64,000 nt of DNA from Eledone cirrhosa (lineage: Eukaryota), in the NCBI GenBank assembly GCA_964016885.1, contig OZ024746.1, positions 14,012,001 through 14,076,000 on the forward strand, written 5' to 3'. The notes beneath the pieces were generated by a model. The model was not told the DNA's origin and did no database searches. It saw nothing but the letters and a program-made list of their open reading frames with translations. The position numbers were made by a program, and so were the translations under genes. Positions 1 through 16,196 of the stretch are shown one piece after another. The stretch's first letter is position 1; each line of letters begins with the position of its first letter.

Positions 1-207
1 CATATCACGCAGAACAACACACAGGATATCATACAGAATATCACATAGAACAACACACAGGATATCAGAGAGAATAATCATGCAGAACAACACAGAATAT
101 CAGACAGAATATCTTACACAATATCACGTAGAGCGACACAGACTATTACACAGAGAAACGCACAGGATATCACAGGATATCACAGGATATCACAGGATAT
201 CACAGGA
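1..207. repeat. degenerate short tandem repeat (CACAGGATAT-like)
   Basis: Repeated cacaggatat/cacagaatat units, perfect at 161-206. Confidence 0.7.
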
Positions 208-2085
208 AAATATTTGAAGAGGAATTAGAGAATAAAAAGCTCCAAGAGTGTGAAACATTGCAGCCAAAACCTCACATACACTTACAAACACTGAAACAAA
301 ACCGGAACTGGAAGTACATCCATTAGACTCTGCCATTAAAGCATGAAGTTCCAACAGCGAAATATTGTATACTATACAGAAACTACATACACATAAAACC
401 CAAGCATATTGCACAGTATAGGTAAATGGGAAAGGACTGTTAACCGTTGAAGGAGTCGTAGAGGTTCAGTCGTGAATCTTGGCATGTCCTAGACATTAAA
501 ACCTGCTGGACACCATCCAGGTCCTAATAGAAAAAGAAGCAAATCGAATTAAGAACTAAATATTATCAGTGAAACTTCAAATTAGTCAGAAATACGTAAG
601 GTTTTGAAATGACAACATTGATCTTAATACTATCATATTTTGTATGCCACATAGCTAAAGAAAATATCTACAACATAGTAAAAGTGGCTAAAACTAGAAT
701 GAACATAATTTTTTATGAACTGGGAGATTCATTCATTCATACTTGTAGTAGTGATTCTGTTGTTACAGCATACAAAGAGTGTGTAACTGTAAATGTGTAA
801 GCAACAAAATGGCTTGTGGCTGTAAATATCTTTAAAATGTCTTGTGGCTGTAAAAAGCTGTAAAAAGCTGTAAAATGTCTTGTGGCTATTGCTTGTGTCT
901 GTAAGTTGTCAATCGAATTATATTTTCAATGTTTAGTAAACTTGTCAAAATTGTTTAGATTACAAGGAAAATAAAAGTTGTGCGGGCGGAGTAAGTTAAA
1001 ATAAGCTGTAGTATCAATAGTTAATAATTTCGTAGTATCGTTGTTAGTTGCTGTAATTGTTGCAATGTATGGCTGTTCTATATAGATGTTGGCAAAAGAG
1101 ATTTGAATTTTAAATGACTTGCCTCAGGGGAAACATGATTATCTGCAAGTCAATATGTGAAGTTAGAGCCGTAGAAATAGGGCTCTGGAGATTTAACCCT
1201 CGTCTGTTGAGAAGCGGTAGCTGAACTGAGTTTAACGGAACAAGATGTCGCACTGCAGCCTACAAGTTAGATGCATAGCTGGAGAAAACTCCACACTTGC
1301 AGCTACAGTCTATAAGGAAGCGAACAAATGGATTTTATAATATATACACTGAAATCTGTATATTATTTGTGTAGCATACTTCTGGTATAATATTGACTTT
1401 TGTAGCAGCAATAGTACGGAGTGTTAAGCAGGTTGTTCGAATGCGTGTCGAGAAGTGTCATCAACTGTTGCACAGCACACCAACATAATAAAAGAAAAAA
1501 GAAAAGAAAAACCAAGCGAATCTACTACAATAATTTAGTATAAGGTTTAGAGAACAAGTAAGCCTGGTCTAAAAGTATCACAACAATTTACTAATTTGAG
1601 AAGACAAAGTTTAAAAACCGACAAAATATCAGAAATCGGAAGAAAAGTATTATTAAAATAGAAAGACACTACTAAAACACAAATAACAAAAATAAAATCG
1701 TTGATAATGTAAACAATGAAGATTGACCTCTCACATGAAATCTAAACAAAACAAACAACAAAACATAGCAAAGTCAAACTCTAAAGCATCTACAAAATAC
1801 TGACCAACAAAACCCAAAGCAGAGCAAAAGAAACATACATAAGGAGTATATGATGAAGATTTAAGAATAGGAGATTCTAAAAATGAAATGTTGTTGTTAT
1901 TAAAAGGGTAGTGAAAATAAAATTATATCTTGATAACTTTCGTGAAGCGCTAGATTCAAATTATAAACAATATGTTATTATTACAGCTTTTGATCGAAAT
2001 GATAAACAGTATTTTATTACTTCTCCTGAGAGTTATACTTTATTGATATAATATTCCATACACGACCGAAGATATATCATATTTA

Positions 2086-2122
<37 letters not shown>

Positions 2123-2199
2123 TATATACAAACAATGTATACATATTCAGCGGATTTTTCTTCTGCATAAACAAACTGCCAAAACAGTAGAGATCCGAA

Positions 2200-2830
2200 A
2201 ACTATTCAATAAACAACTGCCATACAGAACACAATTATACTACCTCGAGTAAAATGGTATCAGTGTACATCTGGAACATGCCAAACGAATTTTCAGCAGT
2301 AATAATTTAGGATGTTGTATGATAAAACACCAAAAAGATGGAAAACAACTATACAAAACCGTTCTCGTCTTGGCAAAGTGAAAATATCATGTGTGATTAG
2401 AGTGGTGAAGTGATGCAAGTGCTACTTGACTATGACTATAGTATTTAGGTTACAAATCAGCAAAATACCTTATACAGTTGAAACATAATGCATAAACGTG
2501 AGATGGATGACAGAAGCTAAAGTGCGTAGGATAACAAACTACCCAGCACTTTATACAAGTAGGAGTGAAGTTGTGAGAGAATGCTTTAGAATAATATGTT
2601 CAGTGTTTCCATCTAAAACAAGATAAGGTGAATTAAACGTGATAAAAACATTGAAGTGGTCAACATGTAAAAACATAAGATGAACAATGCACAACAAAAC
2701 ATTCTAGAAACATCTCCAGTTGACATGATATTCATAATCTCCGGCACCTTATTAGCCGTATTGGGCGAAATGAAAATATAGCCATGATAAATGTCACATA
2801 TGTGGTCATCTTACTGAAACAGTTAGTTGC
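2200..2830 (+). mobile_element. very degraded non-LTR retrotransposon fragment, possibly R4/Dong (RLE type)
   Basis: Frameshifted remnants resembling LYLPR (~2235), IISG..LLA (~2735) and HD (~2783) of the RLE-type C-terminal region; weak. Confidence 0.3.
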
Positions 2831-3334
2831 GATAAAATATACACCAACATTGGTCTATATATCTATATATATATCTATATATATATCTATATATGGTATC
2901 CAAGTTTCTTTGGTATTTCAGAGAATTTGATAATGATAGTATATAGAAGGTCAAGTAGGAAGCATTTATTAAGAATGGTGTGATATTCCACGAGAGAAAT
3001 TACAGTAGTGATTTAATAATTGATATACTACGACAGAACGATTATAATGTTATGACAAACCACTTAATTGCTGAATTGAAACGTTTATGCCACTAGGATA
3101 ATACAAAACTGCGCCTGTGTGTATGACTCTCTCTCTCTACCCCCTCTCTCTCTTTCTTTCTTTATATATATATATTATAATAAAATGTGGAGAAGAAGCA
3201 CACGAGTTGGGATATATATATATATATGAAAATAGGGAGAAAAAGACGATTATTAGGAAGTGTTCCTCACCAGTTGTCTACTGTGGGTCTCGGATATTTC
3301 TACTATATATGTATATATATCATTCTCTCCCCCT

Positions 3335-3517
<183 letters not shown>

Positions 3518-4527
3518 GCATGTTATCTGTAACACACAGTTATGTTCCAGAAAATGTGTATATAAATGTTTGATTATTCGTATAATTCATTTGAATATTT
3601 GTTTTCAAAGACTTACATAATTCTTATATGCGTAGTAATAGAAATAAACTTCTTGGAATATCTCTGAAAGCTTAAATCATAATAATAATCATTTTGTAAT
3701 ATTCGTACAAGGCAACAGTACACAATGTAAATGCAAGGTTTGTTCTACGATTAAACATATTAATAAGATCAGAAGAGGAATGAAATGAACTGTGTTTTGT
3801 ATCAATATTGTCAATACCATTATGCTAACCATGTTTTCCACACGACTGGAATTTATCGATCCGAGGTTGAAAAGAAAATTACTTTCATAACATGGCTGTT
3901 AATTATTATCGTCTGTTGCCTTACATGCGTACTGATTCAATGGGATAATGTATAATGTGTTTTGCCAACTATTATTATCCACTTACTCAACTGATGTAAC
4001 AACTTTGAAAAGTGTCTGCAGATCAGGAAATAATTCTCACGAATCAAACTATATAGTAATATTTCTAACCTGAACACAGGGCTCCACTCTCATGTGTATA
4101 GCCGTTTCAGCTGAAGTGAACTTGATTCAAATTATTATCCCCACACTATAATATAGTATTGATTTAATATGATTAAGTAGGATGTTCCTATTTTTAGAAG
4201 AGGGACATAATCGATTACATTCGTGTCAACATAATGTTGGTAATTATTTTAATGGTTCAAAAGAAATAATGAGTGAGTTATTGAACTACGCTCGGTTTTT
4301 CCGGTCTTTTCTCTGTTTCTATAAAGAGAAAGGGTATATTAATCGTGATCCTAATATGAAGTAATGATAGTTATTCAATAAGTACTAAAGAGATAAGATG
4401 CTGACACAGTGTCACTTTATTAGTTCATTGTTACAAACTGCACAAAGAGGAGACGACAATACGGACTCAATTTGACCTCCTTGATTTTAGGAAAGGCATA
4501 ATCCTCACACATCCTATTTCCAACCTG

Positions 4528-4637
<110 letters not shown>

Positions 4638-4659
4638 GTATATATATGTATATATATAT

Positions 4660-5107
4660 GTATATATACGATATTAAACAAATGGAAACTATATTTATAA
4701 AACCATATTTATTTCATTATACATATTTCAGGGATACCATATTAAAAATATGGCATGCCTTCGTCAGATAAAATACAATATATAAACAGTTTTATAAATA
4801 ATTTTGACGTACCATATTATAAGCGACCATTAAATTAGGAAGCTTCCTAATTTAATGGTCGCTTATAATATGGTACGTCAAAATTATTTATAAAACTGTT
4901 TATATATTGTATTTTATCTGACGAAGGCATGCCATATTTTTAATATGGTATCCCTGAAATATGTATAATGAAATAAATATGGTTTTATAAATATAGTTTC
5001 CATTTGTTTAATATCGTATATATACTCCAAAAACTTGTCGAGTGCTTTATATCAGTTATAAAATATTTACTTGTTGTAACCCAACAATTTTAAATAAAAC
5101 CTTTGCA
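4660..5107 (+). mobile_element. Penelope-like terminal fragment forming a 366-bp palindrome, flanked by (TA)n
   Basis: 4660-5025 reads as a perfect inverted repeat centred on AAGCTT (4840-4845); contains a hammerhead motif. Confidence 0.75.
4910..4975 (+). ncRNA. type I hammerhead ribozyme (mirror copy on - strand, 4710-4775)
   Basis: Stem I TATTTTAT/ATGAAATA; CTGACGA 4918-4924; stem II AGGCATGCCATATT-ttt-AATATGGTATCCCT; GAAA 4956-4959; minimal stem III; AUA cleavage triplet. Confidence 0.8.
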
Positions 5108-5113
5108 TATATG

Positions 5114-5164
<51 letters not shown>

Positions 5165-5165
5165 G

Positions 5166-5300
<135 letters not shown>

Positions 5301-5323
5301 ATATATATATATGTATATATATA

Positions 5324-6176
<853 letters not shown>

Positions 6177-6208
6177 ATATATATATATATGTATATATAT
6201 ATTTTTTT

Positions 6209-6243
<35 letters not shown>

Positions 6244-6245
<2 letters not shown>

Positions 6246-6545
6246 GGTGGCTGCCAACTCGTTTTCGAGTACGGCCACTACTTTATATCCATGTAGAACC
6301 CCTACCGATGCGCTGAATGAGTGTAACTTTTTAGTCCAGCCAGCGACTTGAAAACTCTGGTACAAACACTACACTTGTGACAATTACTGACACATAGTGC
6401 TGGGCCCATGGTACCATGTGACGACAAGTGCAGAGAGATCTCCAGATATAAAGCAATGGCTGTGCTGTGAAGCTTTTATAGTGAGCATAGGCACCGCACA
6501 AAGCCAGTCCCACTCTCTTAACCAAGATGATATTTACCAAAAAAA
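6244..6545 (-). mobile_element. RTE-type LINE/non-autonomous derivative, 3' end
   Basis: Near-identical to 44583-44884, whose minus strand encodes [23 protein letters not shown], the C2H2-like end typical of RTE ORFs. Confidence 0.7.
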
Positions 6546-6558
6546 AAATATATATATG

Positions 6559-6603
<45 letters not shown>

Positions 6604-6632
6604 GCATATATATATATATGCATATATATATA

Positions 6633-6704
<72 letters not shown>

Positions 6705-6717
6705 TATATATATTTGC

Positions 6718-6751
<34 letters not shown>

Positions 6752-6807
6752 GCATATATATATACATATATATATATACATATATATATATACATATATA
6801 TATATAC

Positions 6808-6840
<33 letters not shown>

Positions 6841-6843
6841 CAT

Positions 6844-6879
<36 letters not shown>

Positions 6880-6881
<2 letters not shown>

Positions 6882-7345
6882 CGAAGGAAATGTGGTAAAG
6901 AACCAGGTGGACCATAACGCACCAAAGTACTCAATACTTAGGGTAGTAGAGTGGGTAATAGGAACGAGTAGGACCCCGACGGCTGAGCTCAAGCCGTTTC
7001 GACGGCTAATTCTGGACTAAATGAAAATTTTTATCCTGGTATATGAATAGCCGAGCTTCTCAGGGGGTAATTCCATATATGATAAAAGTGATTGTCACAA
7101 GGATTGGTCAAAATTTTGTTGTTGAGACACAATAATTCTATCATGGCAATTTGTGGAGGGGAGGGGTAGCTGAACCTGCCAGTAGAAGAAAGAGGGAGAG
7201 GGGGTGGAGGAAACCCAGTCGTGCGTTGATAGTGCCAACTACAGCTGGGCAGGAGGTCAAAGAAGATACTAGGGAGGGGGAGGAAGTCGAGACAATAAGT
7301 AAAACAATATGGAGTAAATATATAGAAAAATACCGAGAGTGTTAA
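6880..7345 (-). mobile_element. Penelope-like terminus (family D) abutting (TA)n
   Basis: Shared sequence with 18400-18572, 26263-26350 and 27264-27368, in rearranged/inverted order between copies. Confidence 0.55.
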
Positions 7346-7788
7346 AAAACAATTAAAAGTAAAAAAAAAAAAAAAAAAAATTTCTGGTTACTATAACCTA
7401 AGGACAGCTATCAAGTCTCTCACTGGTACTGCTAGACTAAAGAAAGGTTTACTAGATGGGACGGAATTATAATGAGACCCTTATAAGAGGTATAAGTAAA
7501 CAACCGAATATATCTTACGGTGACGGGTCAACAAGTGGGGGGCCAAAATACTAAAGAAACTACCACTAAATAATAATTCAGAGTCCCGAGACCAGTACGA
7601 AATAAAGGTTTCTACCCCAGGCACAAGGCCAGCAACCACCCAGTGCAAAAAATATACTAATACGAAATAATAATTCAGAATCCCGAAAAAGAATACTAAT
7701 ACTATCTCTAAGGGTGCCGCCACGATACAGAAATTCTAGTGCAAACTACATAAATGCTCGTACGAAGTATATGTAAAATATGATACGG

Positions 7789-7971
7789 AAAATTAATTCA
7801 GAACCCCCCCCCCCAAGTAAATACTGATATACGAGAAATTAAAGCAAAGATACCACTAAGAGATATAGAAAGCACGGAAAAGGGGCAGCCATCGGATAAG
7901 AAAGCAAGTATCCGGGGTCTAACACATCTGCTATTTTTTTTTTGGGGGGGGGGGGATTCTGAATTAATTTT
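7789..7971. repeat. inverted repeat / MITE-like
   Basis: AAAATTAATTCAGAA(C)n ... (G)nATTCTGAATTAATTTT. Confidence 0.55.
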
Positions 7972-9959
7972 ACAGCCCAGCATCTGGTCTCTTCAACACC
8001 GTATTTCGACGTCGTTGCTTTGGAATCCGAGGAAAAAATACCAGTGAAATACTTTTATCCAATATTTATAAATATCCTTGTAATATAGATATTATGTTTG
8101 GTCAAGCAAAATAAATATAACTAGAATCATATCAAAATGAGCCCATAAACTGGGGTTGTCTATTTTCTACTTACTTTCTCAACGAATTAAACTTATGTTT
8201 AATCAAAAGTAATGAATACTGGGGTCGTGTCACTTTTGCATTCCTGACTTCCTTGGAATTGGTTTTGTTTTTTGAAAAGAGAAATCAATATATTACGCTC
8301 GTTTAACCGCTCGCCTTCCAACTCATTCCTCATACAAATTTGGCCATCTGCCAAACCTAAAGAAATAAGTTAATATATTGATAAATATCCAAATAAATAA
8401 TTGTAACTTTTTCAAAACAAGCAATGAATATTTCCGTGGAATTAAGCTGCTGCTGCAGAGTTAAATTCTTAGTGTAACAAGACAATAAACCGTCTCGATA
8501 TTTTTAAAGATCTTGATATTATGAGGTATCTAATTTGCTATCCTTATATTGTTAGATCATAACCCATTAGACTGTTAATTTAGGAAATATAAAGATTTTA
8601 GCAAATCAACAAAGCAAAGGAAGAAGCGTGTCGAGTCACAGATGATTATTAGCAAAAATGACAACAGATACGGAAAAAAACGGTCGGAAGCACGTAAGGG
8701 CACACAACACAATGTTTACATGAACGGGATAAACAGTTCCTTCGACAACAGCTGTCATAATGGACTTCAACAGTTTCAACCCCTATCGAAAGAACTACAA
8801 ACCCACGATGCTTAGTATCATTGACTAAACCGAATATTGGACACATCGGAGAAAGAGAGAGAGAGAGCACTGTCAGCACAAGCTGCTAGAGAGCGATCTG
8901 ATAATACAGTAGGGTATGTGGTCGAAGAGTTAGGAGAGCAGTATGGAAGATGTACTTGTATCAAGGAGAAAGTGCACTTTGAGTCAGAGCATCTGGACGT
9001 CTCTTATGTAAAATCCAGGTGAGATAAGGGGGAGTGTGGGATCTGTATATGCGCAGACACCCACTTTCGGAGATAAATTGGAGTAAAGAGCTTAGCCTGG
9101 ACAGCAGAGTTAAACAATAGATAGGGGCTGGGAGATTTGTGTCTTGAGGAGGAACAAGATGTGGGGAGGCGTGTAAGAAGGATGTATTATGTGGGTGTCT
9201 ACTTCTGATATTAAAATAAAATAAAATAGAAAATTCTTAATAATAGGATGTATTAAAGAAGACAAATTCTTTCACAAACCTTAAACTAGCAATACATTTT
9301 CTTCTTCACCACACTTTGTTCAGGAATGTGGAGATCTGGTTATAGAGATGGGAAAATTGCAATAAGATTCCATATATAGATAAAATTCTAATGTTCTCTG
9401 GGAATTAGTTTCCTTCGATAACAGAATCCTTTTATCTAACGAATTATCATTAAAAGGTTATCGGAAATTCATATAGATTTAACTTTTAGAAACAGTAAAT
9501 AATTCAACCCACGAAATGTCACAAAATACCGTGAAGTAGTAAATTAGTCTTTTATATTTATCTTCGTTTTAAATCACAATGAACCAATTATATTTCTTCA
9601 AAAATAAGATATCGGTTCTTTATATTCTTTTGAATTTTTTCAGTCTTTCTATTATTTATTATCGTAGAAATATTTTACTTTTTCAATTTTCTCGAATACT
9701 TGTCTTATTATAGATTCAACCTCTTTTCATTTTTATTCCACCTCAGGGTGAAGCTGAAATTTTAAAACAATGACATTTTGGATTATACGATGAAATATGA
9801 AATTAAATACTGTTTCTAAAATTGTTTATTTTCGAAGATGTTATTCTTCCTCACACTGATACTATTTATAGAGGAGCTGATATTAAATATAACCTCACAA
9901 ATAAGCGTGCAATTTTGAATGGAATAAAGTACATAGAATTACTACATATTAGAGATGTA

Positions 9960-11082
9960 GGTCGACGTCTTCCCCAGCTTCTTCCTAAACCTTAGGCTGG
10001 TTGCCTTCAGGTTTGCCCCCTGACCAAGTCCCAGATTGATTTCATTCTGGTGAGGAGGAAGTGGCAGAATAGTATTCTGAACATAGAACCCTACATTTAT
10101 TTCAGTACACTATGCAGTGATTACCGGCTTGTTATGAGTGAGGTCCGGGTGAGTTTAAGAAAGAGTAATACTAAGCCTAGGAGAGTTATCTATGACTGAG
10201 GAGCTTTCAAGGAAGATGATGAGTTACGGGAGAGGTTCACAGTAAAGGTGAAGAACAGGTTCAGTGTTCCATGTGGAGATGCGAAGGAGAGAGACATTGT
10301 GAGGACTGAGGATAGTGTGACGAAGAGGTGCGAGTACTTCACCGCTGCAGTGAGAGAAGCAAGTGAGGCTTTGCACTGTAGAAACACCAATATTCGGGCT
10401 TCACTGTAACACCATCTCAGGTCAGGAGAGTTAAGGCTAATAAGATGTTGAATTTGCTGATGACATAGCCCTGGTGACAAACACAGTGAAGAAGGTAGAG
10501 TAGTTGATGACAGAGGTGGAGACTGTGTCGATGGGTGTAGGGCTGAGAATGAATGAGAGTAGAACGAAATATCTGGTGGAAAACATCAAAGAGAAAGAAA
10601 GGATTATGAATGTGGGCGAGAAGCTAGAGTTGATTGAGATCTGTCCCTTCGTCGCTACAGTGAGGTCTGTGCTGCTGTATAGATCTGAAACTTGGACACT
10701 GACCAAGAGACTCACTCAGATGGTGGATGGGTACTGCACAAAGATGATGAGGATGGCTTTGAATATTAACCAGTACTCACTGAGGATGAAGAACTCAGAG
10801 CTGTACGGGAGCCTTCCAAAAGTCAGTTCGAAGGTGGCATAGAGGAGATTGAGGTTATCTGGACTTACTCAACGACTTTCAGAGCTGACAACATCCTCAG
10901 TGGTCACGTGGGAGCCCTAGACGACACGCTGGAAGAAAGTAACCGAGAATGACATATATTGATGCCTTAAGGATAGACTCTGTTATCCGGAAGACGCAGG
11001 ATATAGCGGCGATGATGAGGGACAGAGACCGCAGGAGAGAACTCATTCATGGAAATTCTACACGCCCGAATAAAGAATTACT

Positions 11083-11085
<3 letters not shown>
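9960..11085 (+). mobile_element. internally deleted RTE-clade LINE (APE end + RT + C-terminus), pseudogenised
   Basis: QIDFILVRRKWQNS...SDYRLV (APE end), FADDIAL, VGLRMNESRTKY, VLLYRSETWTLTK, TYIDAL motifs with stops and deletions. Confidence 0.85.
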
Positions 11086-11137
<52 letters not shown>

Positions 11138-12265
11138 CATATTTGAACAGGAGTATCACAGAGGTAATATCAAATTTATGTCATCGAAAATAAGCCTCGT
11201 TTTAAGAGTTTCCTTTAAGTTTTCTCTTTTTTTGTAATAAATTTCAAACCATACTAAATAATATACTACTTTATATCAAAACAGCTTTGTCTATTATCAT
11301 AAATATAATGTTTCTCGCCCAAATATAATACCAATCTATAAATCAATTTATCTCTCTAAAAACAGTGAACCATATGCATAATTATTTTAACGGAAAGAAA
11401 GGAAGGCAAACATTATAAAATACTGTTTTAGTTGGAATCTACAAAAGATAAATAAAAAACCTAAAATTGCTTGAGCATAGTAACACAAATTAGTCGAATA
11501 CATAACGGCTCATATACTTCACAAAGATCACTTTTATTGCTTGAAAATAAAGAAGTGTTTCACGAGAAAAATTTCACGAGAAGCAGAATGGAAAAGCGAA
11601 AGATTTATCACTGAAAATTGCTCTACATATAAAAGAAATTATAGATTTTGAGGGCCCGAAGCTAATTGGAAACACTTTTGTAAATAATAATTTCAGTTGT
11701 CTAGACATAAGGTTCCTTTAAAAGCGTAGAAATATCATTAAGGCAATATTAATCTTTATATATTTATGATTTATATATTTAATTGGTTCCTACTTATGTT
11801 ATGTTAGAATCTATGTTAGACTAGTTAAATATCACCCTCCGGATGGTTCTTTACTATTATCAGTACATGTGTACACATATGTTTCGTAATGTATCTACCA
11901 ATGTATACAATGGATGAAAACATGATACAAACCCGCATTGATATATTTCGTCTTGCGGTATATTTAATACATAGAATTATAGTTTCTACAAAATGGCGGC
12001 GACCCCCTCCCCAACTTAATTATGAAAAGATGCGATATGAATTGTGAAAGGCATGATTGAAACAATGCAGTCAGTTCCTTCTATGAGATTCTAACCCGTA
12101 TACTTTATATCTTCTATTTTAGGAGCACCGAGAGTAGCAAAATTTCCTTCCTGACAGGAGAAGAGTACTAAATTCCCACTATATATTTACTCTTACGGTT
12201 TATATTTGTCGAAGCCAGAATGTCATGCGGACACCCACACAAAAATTAACATTTATTATTATAGA

Positions 12266-12453
12266 TTAGTACGAGAGCGGTCGAACAAAATGCTTTGTGA
12301 TTTATAGTCCTTTACGTTCTGAGTTCAAATTCCGCCGAGTTCAACCTTGCCTTATATCCTTTGGGGTTTATACCAGCAAAGTAGTGGAGTCAATATATTT
12401 GGATTTCTTCTTCCCCGCAAACTTTCGGCCTTGTACCTAAATTAGAAACAATT
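12266..12453 (+). mobile_element. tRNA-derived SINE (diverged)
   Basis: B-box GAGTTCAAATTCC, GCCGAG..TTGCCTT..ATCCTT core and CCTAAA.TAGAAACAATT tail shared with 55943-56131. Confidence 0.75.
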
Positions 12454-14718
12454 GTCGATTGAAGTAATTGTGATCATTACTAAGTATTTTAACCTCAACA
12501 GCAATATATTTAATAGCATGTAAGAAAAATTAAACTATTAATAAACAATAAAAAACTATACTGTGTCACTACCATATATATAAATATATTTCCATGCTTT
12601 TGAACCATGTTGTACGTAGATCATATAGGCTCACTCTTCATATATTATCAGTACTTATAATAGCATTCGTTAACATATATCTGTGAAAGGTGTTATTAAA
12701 TGTATCAAAATGGCTGAGCATGGTGACCAGTTCGTACATTCACAAGAAACATCCTAGATATACAACGCTCATTTTATTAAAACAATTGACTCAAGTAAAC
12801 CTTAAACATCACCAGATTATGGCACCACAGGGTGTATAATCAAAACCATAAACTTAACACAAAGAAATTTATTATTATGGTGAATAGTTGCGTTTTATCA
12901 ATCCTTCTCAAATTCGTCTCATTTCTTTCTGTGTAATGGAAATATATTTCAAAATGTGAATAGAATAAACATAAATGATAAATAAGACATTATTATATAT
13001 TTTTACTAGGTATTTCAAAATAACCATAAAATATTATCTTTTAAAGGAAATTCTGTATTATTCCGAGCTCGTTTACAACCCTTTAATATATTTCAGGCGT
13101 TGCTTTAAATGTTCATTGTTGTTCCGCTTGCCTTCAATGAACGTCAAATGTCTTTATTTATTAAAGTTTTATGACAATCATTTGAGATTTCAATGATGGT
13201 TTCGTTTCATACATCCTATGTGTTATTTTTCAAACCTAGTATTTCATAATAATCCTATCTATTTTTATTTTTTAACGTTACTACATATTTTATCAATAAC
13301 TTGAAGAATAACTATTTCAATACATGCAATTAAAATAGTTTTCTCGAGTTTTATTCAAAACAATTTTCGCTTCATATCATTGAAAATATTCTGAAATTTC
13401 AAGACTAATAATAGCATATTATTACCATTACATCGTTGTTGAATTCCATTTTATTAATATCATATATGACACATGTTTTATAATTCCCTTAAATAAAGTA
13501 TGCAATGCTTTTTACTGGAATACGAAGAAAACACTATGAGTAACTTTTTTCCATTATGTGAACAATGATAAATGCAAATAGATAAAGAAAGGAAATAAAA
13601 AATTCAATTCCGAAAATATATTATTCAAATACGAAAATGTATTATTCAACCCCGAAAAATAGTAGATCGCGTATAAAAATGAATAAAACACTGCGTGAAT
13701 TGGGCCTAAGTAATTAAGTCCTGAATGACATACGACTGGTCGACAAAGTTGATGTTTAAAAACTGTCTAACTCTTATCTAGCTTTTAACTTTTAACCACC
13801 ACAACATCTAATTGTTTATTTCCGGTTTCATCCCAGATGTTATTATCTAATATTGGAGTATCGCCATATTAATATTACATTATTGCTTGCAAGAACTCAT
13901 AGAAAACAAAACAAACATTATTTTTCTAAAGTATTTTCTGTTGTGTTATGGAATATTTATGAAGTCATTATAGACAACTTAAAAAGGTTATCAGTGTCTC
14001 TGATGTTACCTTCTATCTAATTTCGATGTATTTTATCATCTATTTAATCACTTACAGAACATACATGTTACTTTTCCTTTCCTTTTATTTCTATTATTTA
14101 GCAAATAGTTTTTACTTTCTTTTCTTGATATCGCACTAATCAAATTAGTTGCGTACCCGATCCTATGAACCTTGTCATCATCTGATAAATACTAGAGAAT
14201 GATCAATATTATTGCAATACACGAATCATCCATTAAGCTAAATTAACAAAGCTTAACACACTTTATTCTATTGGGGATTGCTTCCCCAATAAACCCAAAT
14301 CTGATATTTTTACTGATTCCAGTTTATAGCTTGTAATAGATGAAATAGTCTCTTGATATTCTATTCTAAAAGTAGATAATATAGCATTGTTATTCAGAAG
14401 TTACTAAATTCCTACTTTAATGTTTTGCAGATTCCTTTGTTAGTCTATATTTTATAGAGACGGGTTAGTTATATAAGAGTAATAAAAATAATGATGAAGA
14501 TAATCATAATAGGAATAACACCTCTCATATAAAGTTATGCAGTCGCATTGTTTCGCGTTCAGTATCATTAGGAGGTACATTAGCAAGTGTCTACTACTGT
14601 AGTCATGGGTAGAGACATACCCTGTGAATGGAAAGTTGGTGGAGGGAACTGTATGGAACCCCACCATACACACTCATTTATATATATATATATATATATA
14701 AATATAAATATACATGGA

Positions 14719-15160
<442 letters not shown>

Positions 15161-15877
15161 TATGTAGAATTAGTTGTGATAAAATAGCAGATAGATGTAG
15201 TGGTAATAAATTGTCGAATGTTTAATGTTAGTTTAATTAGTAATCAACGATTCTATCATTTGTTTTAATAAAATCAGTTGAGACAGAATTTTTGTTTTAA
15301 TACAAATAGTGCTATCATAAATTAAAGAAGATATAATCTGTAATATCATCACCAGATGTGGAATTTAATTTTGAAAGAAACGATACTATCAGCTCAAACA
15401 GTACAAAGTGTGATGGAAGAATTACAGACGATAAAATTAGTTGCAGTGGCAGTATTACGTTATGTATTGAAACAGGTCGTTAGATTAAAAGAGAATAAAA
15501 GTTTGCTTTGTTTTGTTTTTTTATTCGATATTTAACTGGAGGATAGGATAAAAGTTTTTTCGAAATTGAATGTGGTTGCTTAAAGCAGGAATAAATTTGC
15601 AAGGTTAATAAGGAAATAACATCAACGAAACTTGTCACGAAAACATTGTTGTCTTAATGGATGTTTTTAAACAATTTGACAAAGTAGGCGTCATCAAGTC
15701 ATTGATCAAATTCTTATCGAATTTGGTATTGTCAAAAAATATCGATTACACATTTATTCATATGCACACGAATGAAATGAATGTATGCCTGTGTGTTTAG
15801 GGAAAGGATTCGGAGAATCATATGTAGAGAGACTAAACGGCGTCAAAAGAGAGTGGGATATATAATATATATATATA

Positions 15878-15988
15878 TAAAATAAAGTTAAATAAAAAGT
15901 CAAATGATTAAAATTTAGCTTCGTTTATAGCAGTAATAAACGAAGCTAAATTTTAATCATTTGACTTTTTATTTAACTTTATTTTACA
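15878..15988. repeat. ~52-bp inverted repeat with 7-nt loop next to (TA)n
   Basis: AAAATAAAGTTAAATAAAAAGTCAAATG...CTTCGTTTAT / ATAAACGAAG...CTTTATTTTA. Confidence 0.85.
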
Positions 15989-16077
15989 CTACTCCGGATT
16001 AACCAAACCAACCTGCGCACTTCGTCGAGTGCTCCAGCCTGCATACTGAGGTGTTGGTATACAACCAACATAAACTC

Positions 16078-16196
<119 letters not shown>

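Noticed and set aside
7386-7408. Resemblance to the LSU rRNA I-CeuI site (TAACTATAAC..CTAAGGTAGC)
   Set aside because: Short, gapped match with no flanking rRNA similarity
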